Below are positions 1 to 10,727 of a DNA stretch of 64,000 nt, one piece after another. Source of the stretch: Eledone cirrhosa (lineage: Eukaryota); NCBI GenBank assembly GCA_964016885.1, contig OZ024742.1, forward strand, positions 107,322,001 to 107,386,000, in the 5' to 3' direction. Below the pieces are notes generated by a model, which worked only from the letters and a program-made list of their open reading frames with translations, searched no databases and was not told the DNA's origin. Position numbers and translations under genes: made by a program. Each line of letters begins with the position of its first letter. Positions within the stretch are counted from its first letter, which is position 1.

Positions 1-3000
1 GTTACTATCTGTCAGTCTTTCCATTTCTGATACTATTTGTCAGTCTTTCCATTTTTGATACTATTTGTCAGTCTTTCCATTTCTGATATTATTTGTCAAT
101 CTTTCCATTTCTGATACTATTTGTCAGTCTTTCCATTTCTGATACTAACTGTCAGTCTTTCCATTTCTGATACTAACTGTCAGTCTTTCCATTTCTGATA
201 CTATCTGTCAGTCTTTCCATTTCTGATACTATCTGTCAGTCTTTCCATTTCTGATATTATTTGTCAATCTTTCCATTTCTGATACTATTTGTCAGTCTTT
301 CCATTTCTGATACCATCTGTCAGTCTTTCCATTTCTGATACTATTTGTCAGTCTTTCCATTTCTGATACCATCTGTCAGTCTTTCCATTTCTGATATTAT
401 TTGTCAGTCTTTCCATTTTTGATACTATCTGTCAGTCTTTCTATTTCTGATATTATTTGTCAGTCTTTCCATTTTTGATACTATTTGTCAGTCTTTCCAT
501 TTCTGATACTATTTGTCAGTCTTTCCATTTTTGATACTATCTGTCAGTCTTTCCATTTCTGATACTATTTGTCAGTCTTTCCATTTCTGATACTATTTGT
601 CAGTCTTTCCATTTCTGATACCATCTGTCAGTCTTTCCATTTCTGATATTATTTGTTAGTCTTTCCATTTCTGATACTATCTGTCAGTCTTTCCATTTCT
701 GATATTATTTGTCAGTCTTTCCATTTCTGATACTATCTGTCAGTCTTTCCATTTCTGATATTATTTGTCAGTCTTTCCATTTCTGATACTATCTGTCAGT
801 CTTTCCATTTCTGATATTATTTGTCAGTCTTTCCATTTCTGATACTATCTGTCAGTCTTTCCATTTTTGATACTATTTGTCAGTCTTTCCATTTCTGATA
901 CTATTTGTCAGTCTTTCCATTTCTGATACTATCTGTCAGTCTTTCTATTTCTGATACTATCTGTCAGTCTTTCCATTTCTGATACTATTTGTCAGTCTTT
1001 CCATTTCTGATACTATCTGTCAGTCTTTCCATTTTTGATACTATTTGTCAGTCTTTCTATTTCTGATATTATTTGTCAGTCTTTCCATTTTTGATACTAT
1101 CTGTCAGTCTTTCTATTTCTGATATTATTTGTCAGTCTTTCCATTTTTGATACTATTTGTCAGTCTTTCCATTTCTGATACTATTTGTCAGTCTTTCCAT
1201 TTTTGATACTATCTGTCAGTCTTTCCATTTCTGATACTATTTGTCAGTCTTTCCATTTCTGATACTATTTGTCAGTCTTTCCATTTCTGATACCATCTGT
1301 CAGTCTTTCCATTTCTGATATTATTTGTTAGTCTTTCCATTTCTGATACTATCTGTCAGTCTTTCCATTTCTGATATTATTTGTCAGTCTTTCCATTTCT
1401 GATACTATCTGTCAGTCTTTCCATTTCTGATATTATTTGTCAGTCTTTCCATTTCTGATACTATCTGTCAGTCTTTCCATTTCTGATATTATTTGTCAGT
1501 CTTTCCATTTCTGATACTATTTGTCAGTCTTTCCATTTCTGATACTATTTGTCAGTCTTTCCATTTCTGATACCATCTGTCAGTCTTTCCATTTCTGATA
1601 CTATTTGTCAGTCTTTCCATTTCTGATACCATCTGTCAGTCTTTCCATTTCTTATACTATCTGTCAGTCTTTCCATTTCTGATATTATTTGTCAGTCTTT
1701 CCATTTCTGATACTATCTGTCAGTCTTTCCATTTCTGATATTATTTGTCAGTCTTTCCATTTCTGATACTATCTGTCAGTCTTTCCATTTCTGATATTAT
1801 TTGTCAGTCTTTCCATTTCTGATACTATTTGTCAGTCTTTCCATTTCTGATACCATCTGTCAGTCTTTCCATTTCTAATATTATTTGTTAGTCTTTCCAT
1901 TTCTGATACTATCTGTCAGTCTTTCCATTTCTGATATTATTTGTCAGTCTTTCCATTTCTGATACTATCTGTCAGTCTTTCCATTTCTGATATTATTTGT
2001 CAGTCTTTCCATTTCTGATACTATCTGTCAGTCTTTCCATTTCTGATATTATTTGTCAGTCTTTCCATTTTTGATACTATCTGTCAGTCTTTCCATTCCT
2101 GATATTATTTGTCAGTCTTTCCATTTCTGATACTATTTGTCAGTCTTTCCATTTCTGATATTATTTGTCAGTCTTTCCATTTCTGATACTATCTGTCAGT
2201 CTTTCCATTTTTGATACTATTTGTCAGTCTTTCCATTTCTGATACTATTTGTCAGTCTTTCCATTTCTGATACTATCTGTCAGTCTTTCTATTTCTGATA
2301 CTATCTGTCAGTCTTTCCATTTCTGATACTATCTGTCAGTCTTTCCATTTCTGATACTATTTGTCAGTCTTTCCATTTCTGATACTATCTGTCAGTCTTT
2401 CCATTTTTGATACTATTTGTCAGTCTTTCCATTTCTGATATTATTTGTCAGTCTTTCCATTTTTGATACTATCTGTCAGTCTTTCTATTTCTGATATTAT
2501 TTGTCAGTCTTTCCATTTTTGATACTATTTGTCAGTCTTTCCATTTCTGATACTATTTGTCAGTCTTTCCATTTTTCATACTATCTGTCAGTCTTTCCAT
2601 TTCTGATACTATTTGTCAGTCTTTCCATTTCTGATACTATTTGTCAGTCTTTCCATTTCTGATACCATCTGTCAGTCTTTCCATTTCTGATATTATTTGT
2701 TAGTCTTTCCATTTCTGATACTATTTGTCAGTCTTTCCATTTTTGATACTATTTGTCAGTCTTTCCATTTCTGATACTATTTGTCAGTCTTTCCATTTTT
2801 GATACTATTTGTCAGTCTTTCCATTTCTGATACCATCTGTCAGTCTTTCCATTTCTGATACTATTTGTCAGTCTTTCCATTTCTGATACTATCTGTCAGT
2901 CTTTCTATTTCTGATACTATCTGTCAGTCTTTCCATTTCTGATATTATTTGTCAGTCTTTCCATTTCTGATATTATTTGTCAGTCTTTCCATTTCTGATA

Positions 3001-3478
3001 CTATCTGTCAGTCTTTCCATTTCTGATACTATTTGTCAGTCTTTCCATTTTTGATACTATTTGTCAGTCTTTCCATTTCTGATATTATTTGTCAGTCTTT
3101 CCATTTCTGATACTATTTGTCAGTCTTTCCATTTTTGTTACTATCTGTCAGTCTTTCCATTTCTGATACTATTTGTCAGTCTTTCCATTTTTGATACTAT
3201 TTGTCAGTCTTTCCATTTCTGATATTATTTGTCAATCTTTCCATTTCTGATACTATTTGTCAGTCTTTCCATTTCTGATACTAACTGTCAGTCTTTCCAT
3301 TTCTGATACTAACTGTCAGTCTTTCCATTTCTGATACTATCTGTCAGTCTTTCCATTTCTGATACTATCTGTCAGTCTTTCCATTTCTGATACTATTTGT
3401 CAGTCTTTCCATTTTTGATACTATTTGTCAGTCTTTCCATTTCTGATACTATCTGTCAGTCTTTCCATTTTTGATACT

Positions 3479-3480
<2 letters not shown>
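1..3480. repeat. 28-bp tandem satellite, left block (~124 units; continues upstream of window)
   Basis: Unit TA(C/T)TAT(C/T)TGTCAGTCTTTCCATTT(C/T)TGA repeated head-to-tail with no spacers; period 28 read directly (e.g. positions 3 and 31). Confidence 0.98.
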
Positions 3481-3509
<29 letters not shown>

Positions 3510-6500
3510 CCGTTTTACGTCCGTTCTTCCACGCTAGCATGGGTTAGACGGGTTGTCCTGTTGTGGGCAGTGTCTGGTCGGCTGACCATGCCTTGCTCAT
3601 ACAAGAACTGATCTGGCTTGATTTCTACAGCTGGATGCCCTTCCTAACACCAACCTCATTTACAGTGAGTGCTGGGTGCTTTTACGTGGCGCCTACACGT
3701 CCACTTTACAGTGTGGGCTGGGTGCTTTTTTTGCCGTGGCACCTCCACGACCACCTTGCGGTGGGGGGGGGGGGCATATTGTTTATATGCTTCAGCATGT
3801 ACCCATGGGAGGTCGGGTACCCTGTATTACTGCGTGACGCCAGAAGTCACGGTCGTGTGTCATTGACTTTGAGAGGTGTAGTTGGGTAAGGTCGGCTTTT
3901 ATCACCTATTCCCAAGTCATCTTGGGTCTCCCCACTCCGCGGTTTCCATCAACTTCTAGTGCTCTGCACCTTTTTATGCAGCTGTCATCCTTCATACGCA
4001 TCACATGTCCATACCAGCGTAACCGCCTCTCCTGCACGCAGCATTTGATTCCTCTTATGCTCAGTCTCTCTCTCAATTCCTTTATGCTTTGTCGTTCACG
4101 TATATTACTGTTACACATCCATCGGAGCATGCAGGCTTCGTTTCTCTCTAATCTACGTAAGTCTTCCACCTTCAGCGCCCAGGTCTCACTACCATGCAAC
4201 ATCGCTGTTCGGATACACGCATCATACAGTCTGCCTTTCATTCTGAGGGAGAAGCCTTTTGCAGCTAGCAGTGGTAGTAGTTCCCTAAACTTCTTCCATC
4301 CCGTTCTTACCCTAGTTATTGTACTTTCTGAGCACCCACCTCCGTTGCTAATTCGGTCACCTAGGTAGCAGAAGCTGTCTACTGTTTCTACAGGGCCCTC
4401 CCAGAGATTGGTGGTACTTGTTTCCTGTGGCTGTTTGCTTGCTGTTTCAGCACAGCTGCTGCATGTGAATCCTACATTCTTAATTAAGCTTCCTGAGATC
4501 CCGCTACATCTCTTGTGTACCCATTGTTTGCATTTGGGGCAGAGAATGGAGTTCCTACCTACACCTTTCCTACATACTGAGCAAGGCCATTTCCCTGAGG
4601 GGATCTGGGTTCTGTTTTCTCGTCTACTTATAAGGACCTTAGTCTTTGTCATGTTGACTTTGAGGCCCTTTCTCTCTAGTCCCTGCTTCCAGGTTTGGAA
4701 TTTATTCTCTAGTTCTACCATAGATTCAGCTATGAGTGCGAGGTCATCAGCATACAGGAGTTCCCATGGGCATCCGGTCTTAAACTCCTCCGTTATTGCC
4801 TGCAGGACTATGATGAACAGGAGAGGGCTAAGAACAGAGCCCTGGTGGACCCCAACCTGTACGCTAAATTCCTCGCTATACTCATTGCCAATCCTAACTT
4901 TGCTGACTGCTCCCCTATACATGGCTTGTACCGCTTTCACAAGCCATTCATCTACTCCTAGTTTTCTAAGAGCCCACCAGATTACTGCACGTGGAACTCT
5001 GTCAAAGGCTTTCTCAAAGTCGACAAATGCCAAGTAGAGTGGCTTACTTTTAGCTAGGTACTTTTCCTGTAATTGCCTCACAAGGAAGAGGGCATCAGTG
5101 GTGCCTTTCCCTGGTACAAACCCAAATTGCATCTCGTCTATATTCACCCGGTCCCTAATCAACTGTGCTATAACTCTTTCTGTTACTTTCATGACCTGGT
5201 CCATCAACTTTATACCTCTATAGTTTCCTCTATCTAGTGCATCGCCTTTACCTTTGTAGCAGTTGACAATGATGCTACTGCACCAATCTTTTGGTATGGC
5301 CCCCTCTAGTATTACTTGGTTAACGATACGTGTGGTTATAGTGTGACCTACAGACCCAGATGCCTTCAGCATCTCGGCAGCTATACCCGATGGACCGGTT
5401 GCCTTCCCTATCTTCATATCTCTGATTGCCTTACTTACTACGCTGCCGCTGACTTGTACTGCTGGTCCCTCTATAGGGTCTACGTGGGGTAGGGTCTCTT
5501 CTTCCCATGCATTCTCCTCATTTAGTAATCTATCATAATGACTCTTCCATGCATCTTTCTTCTCAGCACTTGTGAGGGCAAGCTCACCTTTATCATTCCG
5601 GATACACTTCTCTCCAATGACATCACAACTATCTCTGACACACTGCCTCGCAATCTTGAATACCTCCTGTTTCTGGTCCTCACGTTGTAAAACATGCTTG
5701 AATTTTCTATCCTCTGCTTCCCTCCTAGCTAAGTATACTTGTCGCCTAGCTTCCCTCTTGGTCTCTATGTAATGTACCCTGCTCCCCCCGTTCTTCCATT
5801 CTTTCCATGCCTGTCTCTTGGCCTTGACTGCTTCATCTACCTTATTGTTCCACCACCAAGTCACTCTCCTCCTGCTTGAGGTCTTACTCCAGCCACAAAC
5901 CTCATCCGTCGCCTCTAGTAAGTTATTTTTTAGGAACTCCCAGTTCTCTTCTACGTAAAATGTCTCTATCTGTTCTTCTTTACTGTCGTAGGCGTTGAGT
6001 AAAATATCTTTAAATCTGTTACTGGTTGAGGGGACTTTCAGCTTCCAGATCTTTCTTCTCCAGGTTGGCCTCTGTTTCAGGGCTCGTCTAGTTCTGACCG
6101 TGAGGTCGCTGACAACTAAGCTATGTTGGGATGTACATTCCTCACTAGGGAAGGCTTTTGTGTTTACGACCGTCCATCTGTCACGTCCTCTGATGAGGAT
6201 AAAATCTAACTGACTAGAGTGCTCCCCTGATCTATAGGTGATCAGGTGGTTGTCGGGTTTTTTAAAGTTTGTGTTACATATCGACATGTCATTGGCGTCG
6301 CAGAATTCTAGAAGTCTGAATCCTTCCTCATTCCTTGTGCCAACTCCATGGCCTCCATGTACTCTATTGAAGCCGTCGCAGTGTTTACCTACGTGTCCGT
6401 TAAAATCTCCTGCAATGATTAGGAAGTCCTTGTCGTCTGTTAGAGCAGTAGTGTGTATTAGGGACTCGTAAAACCTATCCTTAAGTTCGTCTGGCAGCCC

Positions 6501-7592
6501 CGATTGGGGTGCGTAAGCTGATATTATTGTGGTAATTGTCTTATTCAGGACTAGTCTGAGTTTAATGATTCTTGCATTTACCCTGTACACTGAGATTACT
6601 TTATCTACCCACTTGTCAGCTAATAGTATACCTACACCACCCATCCCATCGTCATTTCCCACCCAGAAAAATTTGTAGCACTGGCTTTTTCCTACAAGGA
6701 CTCTAGCAGACCCTCCTCTCCATCTAGTCTCTTGCACACAGCATACATCAACTTCCTTTCGCTCTAGCATTTCTACGATTTCTCCTGCTCTTCCTTTCAT
6801 TGAGCCTACATTGATGGTACCAACTCGGAGTTTTGGGCATTTGTCGACACTCGTAGGGGAGGGTCTCTGGGTTGGCGCTTCACGTGGGTGCTTGGTAGCT
6901 CGCAGATTCATATTTCATCTATTGATTCAGAGTTGCTCGTGTATTCCCAGCTCATCCATCCATAACGGTGGGAAAATTGAGGGCTAGAAGAACAGTGGTG
7001 GTGGGGTAATGGCAGTGTGTGTTGGGATGCGCCAGAGGAGGAGAGAGTTAGTTAGGCAGGTAGTAGCAGCAGCAGTGGAAATGGCATGCTAGGTTTGATT
7101 GGTCGAATAGACTATGGTGGTGTGTGGGGGTGGGAGGGAGGGAAATTGTGAGGTAGGAACTGAGGGTCGCATGGTAAATAACTGAGAGAGATACAATAGG
7201 ATTAGAATACCGCATGGTAAATATCCAAGTTAATAAGTCAATACTACATCAGTAAAATTAACGTCATGAAAAACTACTAAGAGAAACCCTCGAAAATTTA
7301 TCGCTAATACAGCAGGGAAAATTTAACGCTAATACAGCAGGGAACATCATAATATTAACGACAATATGTAGGCTAAAATACCTTCGTAGATTAGATGGAT
7401 GGCTGGAAAAATTGGAATCAGCTCTAGTGATACATTTTAGCAGAGAAGAATGGGAAAGTGTCTTATCTCTTCAATATTTTCAGATTGAATGAATTAGGTT
7501 AAAGACAGGGTAGTAGCCTTAAAGAAGTGCATAGAGAGGGGGGGGGGTAGGAACTGAGGGTCGCATGGTAAATAACTGAGAGAGATACAATA
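3481..7592 (-). mobile_element. Young, near full-length RTE-clade non-LTR retrotransposon inserted in the satellite
   Basis: Single long EN+RT ORF, ~0.68-kb 5' leader, 3'UTR ending in a (GAT)n tail (CAT repeats at 3481-3509); satellite resumes at ~7591. Confidence 0.95.
3906..6911 (-). CDS. RTE ORF, 1001 aa: APE endonuclease + reverse transcriptase + PHD-type Zn finger
   Basis: APE motifs TINVGS, VQETRW, YAPQ, GDFNGH, LDFIL; RT motifs QFGF, KAFDRV, GVHQGSVLSPLLF, LYADD; C4HC3 finger; RTE C-terminal RLRWYGHV..GRP. Confidence 0.95.
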   Translation of the reverse strand: MNLRATKHPREAPTQRPSPTSVDKCPKLRVGTINVGSMKGRAGEIVEMLERKEVDVCCVQETRWRGGSARVLVGKSQCYKFFWVGNDDGMGGVGILLADKWVDKVISVYRVNARIIKLRLVLNKTITTIISAYAPQSGLPDELKDRFYESLIHTTALTDDKDFLIIAGDFNGHVGKHCDGFNRVHGGHGVGTRNEEGFRLLEFCDANDMSICNTNFKKPDNHLITYRSGEHSSQLDFILIRGRDRWTVVNTKAFPSEECTSQHSLVVSDLTVRTRRALKQRPTWRRKIWKLKVPSTSNRFKDILLNAYDSKEEQIETFYVEENWEFLKNNLLEATDEVCGWSKTSSRRRVTWWWNNKVDEAVKAKRQAWKEWKNGGSRVHYIETKREARRQVYLARREAEDRKFKHVLQREDQKQEVFKIARQCVRDSCDVIGEKCIRNDKGELALTSAEKKDAWKSHYDRLLNEENAWEEETLPHVDPIEGPAVQVSGSVVSKAIRDMKIGKATGPSGIAAEMLKASGSVGHTITTRIVNQVILEGAIPKDWCSSIIVNCYKGKGDALDRGNYRGIKLMDQVMKVTERVIAQLIRDRVNIDEMQFGFVPGKGTTDALFLVRQLQEKYLAKSKPLYLAFVDFEKAFDRVPRAVIWWALRKLGVDEWLVKAVQAMYRGAVSKVRIGNEYSEEFSVQVGVHQGSVLSPLLFIIVLQAITEEFKTGCPWELLYADDLALIAESMVELENKFQTWKQGLERKGLKVNMTKTKVLISRRENRTQIPSGKWPCSVCRKGVGRNSILCPKCKQWVHKRCSGISGSLIKNVGFTCSSCAETASKQPQETSTTNLWEGPVETVDSFCYLGDRISNGGGCSESTITRVRTGWKKFRELLPLLAAKGFSLRMKGRLYDACIRTAMLHGSETWALKVEDLRRLERNEACMLRWMCNSNIRERQSIKELRERLSIRGIKCCVQERRLRWYGHVMRMKDDSCIKRCRALEVDGNRGVGRPKMTWE

Positions 7593-10262
7593 TCTGTCAG
7601 TCTTTCCATTTTTGATACTATCTGTCAGTCTTTCCATTTTTGATACTATCTGTCAGTCTTTCCATTTTTGATACTATCTGTCAGTCTTTCCATTTTTGAT
7701 ACTATTTGTCAGTCTTTCCATTTTTGATATTATTTGTCAGTCTTTCCATTTCTGATACTATCTGTCAGTCTTTCCATTTCTGATACTATTTGTCAGTCTT
7801 TCCATTTCTGATACTATCTGTCAGTCTTTCCATTTCTGATATTATTTGTCAGTCTTTCCATTTTTGATACTATTTGTCAGTCTTTCCATTTCTGATACTA
7901 TTTGTCAGTCTTTCCATTTTTGATACTATTTGTCAGTCTTTCCATTTCTGATATTATTTGTCAGTCTTTCCATTTTTGATACTATCTGTCAGTCTTTCTA
8001 TTTCTGATATTATTTGTCAGTCTTTCCATTTTTGATACTATTTGTCAGTCTTTCCATTTCTGATACTATTTGTCAGTCTTTCCATTTTTGATACTATCTG
8101 TCAGTCTTTCCATTTCTGATACTATTTGTCAGTCTTTCCATTTCTGATACTATTTGTCAGTCTTTCCATTTCTGATACCATCTGTCAGTCTTTCCATTTC
8201 TGATATTATTTGTTAGTCTTTCCATTTCTGATACTATCTGTCAGTCTTTCCATTTCTGATATTATTTGTCAGTCTTTCCATTTCTGATACTATCTGTCAG
8301 TCTTTCCATTTCTGATATTATTTGTCAGTCTTTCCATTTCTGATACTATCTGTCAGTCTTTCCATTTCTGATATTATTTGTCAGTCTTTCCATTTTTGAT
8401 ACTATCTGTCAGTCTTTCCATTTCTGATATTATTTGTCAGTTTTTCCATTTCTGATACTATCTGTCAGTCTTTCCATTTCTGATATTATTTGTCAGTCTT
8501 TCCATTTCTGATACTATTTGTCAGTCTTTCCATTTCTGATACTATTTGTCAGTCTTTCCATTTCTGATACTATTTGTCAGTCTTTCCATTTCTGATACTA
8601 TCTGTCAGTCTTTCCATTTCTGATACTATCTGTCAGTCTTTCCATTTCTGATACTATCTGTCAGTCTTTCCATTTCTGATATTATTTGTCAGTCTTTCCA
8701 TTTTTGATACTATCTGTCAGTCTTTCCATTTCTGATACTATTTGTCAGTCTTTCCATTTCTGATATTATTTGTCAGTCTTTCCATTTTTGATACTATCTG
8801 TCAGTCTTTCCATTTCTGATACTATTTGTCAGTCTTTCCATTTTTGATACTATCTGTCAGTCTTTCCATTTCTGATATTATTTGTCAGTCTTTCCATTTT
8901 TGATACTATCTGTCAGTCTTTCCATTTCTGATATTATTTGTCAGTCTTTCCATTTCTGATACTATTTGTCAGTCTTTCCATTTCTGATATTATTTGTCAG
9001 TCTTTCCATTTCTGATACTATCTGTCAGTCTTTCCATTTCTGATACTATTTGTCAGTCTTTCCATTTCTGATACTATTTGTCAGTCTTTCCATTTTTGAT
9101 ACTATTTGTCAGTCTTTCCATTTTTGATACTATTTGTTAGTCTTTCCATTTTTGATACTATCTGTCAGTCTTTCCATTTTTGATACTATTTGTCAGTCTT
9201 TCCATTTCTGATACTATTTGTCAGTCTTTCCATTTTTGATACTATTTGTCAGTCTTTCCATTTCTGATATTATTTGTCAGTCTTTCCATTTTTGATACTA
9301 TCTGTCAGTCTTTCTATTTCTGATATTATTTGTCAGTCTTTCCATTTTTGATACTATTTGTCAGTCTTTCCATTTCTGATACTATTTGTCAGTCTTTCCA
9401 TTTTTGATACTATCTGTCAGTCTTTCCATTTCTGATACTATTTGTCAGTCTTTCCATTTCTGATACCATCTGTCAGTCTTTCCATTTCTGATATTATTTG
9501 TTAGTCTTTCCATTTCTGATACTATCTGTCAGTCTTTCCATTTCTGATATTATTTGTCAGTCTTTCCATTTCTGATACTATCTGTCAGTCTTTCCATTTC
9601 TGATATTATTTGTCAGTCTTTCCATTTCTGATACTATCTGTCAGTCTTTCCATTTCTGATATTATTTGTCAGTCTTTCCATTTTTGATACTATCTGTCAG
9701 TCTTTCCATTTCTGATACTATCTGTCAGTCTTTCCATTTCTGATATTATTTGTCAGTCTTTCCATTTTTGATACTATCTGTCAGTCTTTCCATTTCTGAT
9801 ACTATTTGTCAGTCTTTCCATTTTTGATACTATCTGTCAGTCTTTCCATTTCTGATATTATTTGTCAGTCTTTCCATTTTTGATACTATCTGTCAGTCTT
9901 TCCATTTCTGATATTATTTGTCAGTCTTTCCATTTCTGATACTATTTGTCAGTCTTTCCATTTCTGATATTATTTGTCAGTCTTTCCATTTCTGATACTA
10001 TCTGTCAGTCTTTCCATTTCTGATACTATTTGTCAGTCTTTCCATTTCTGATACTATTTGTCAGTCTTTCCATTTTTGATACTATTTGTCAGTCTTTCCA
10101 TTTTTGATACTATTTGTCAGTCTTTCCATTTTTGATACTATCTGTCAGTCTTTCCATTTTTGATACTATTTGTCAGTCTTTCCATTTCTGATACTATTTG
10201 TCAGTCTTTCCATTTCTGATACTATTTGTCAGTCTTTCCATTTTTGACACTATTTGTCAGTC
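7591..10262. repeat. 28-bp tandem satellite, right block (~95 units)
   Basis: Same unit and variant set as the left block. Confidence 0.98.
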
Positions 10263-10431
10263 ACATATTCTGGCAAAAGGAGCAACATGAAATAAAGTAT
10301 TTTGCTCACAATGCACCATCTGGTCCAGGAATCTGACCCATGACCTTATAATTGTGAATCCGCTATGCTATGTGCCTTCACTTGCCTTAAAATAATTCAC
10401 TAAATTACATTTCTTCATTCCTCTCTGTCAG

Positions 10432-10516
10432 GTCTTAAACTTAGAAGGCAACAAATTAAAGAAAATCCCAGAATCCATTGGAAATTTAAAGTTTTTACAG
10501 TCTTTAAATCTCAAAG
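10432..10516 (+). CDS. LRSAM1: LRSAM1 exon (LRR) VLNLEGNKLKKIPESIGNLKFLQSLNLK
   Basis: ctgtcag| ... |gtaat; LRR consensus. Confidence 0.9.
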
Positions 10517-10683
10517 GTAATTTTTTTAACAGTTTGTTTGTTTTCTTTTTTGTTTATTGATGTTTTCTTTGTTTTCCTTTGTCAAGTTTTGCTGCAGTAT
10601 TTGTTGGTTTAAAATTCCACTGTTTAATTAGAAACAACCACCAAGTATTAAAGGTCAATATGGCATTTTACGTTTTATTTACA

Positions 10684-10727
<44 letters not shown>

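Noticed and set aside
3922-6471. Plus-strand ORFs (148, 209 aa etc.) and their mirrors at 29153-31003
   Set aside because: Antisense shadows of the RTE ORF with non-ATG starts and no recognisable domains.
1-10262. 28-bp repeat as a CRISPR array
   Set aside because: No unique spacers, no cas genes, eukaryotic intron context.
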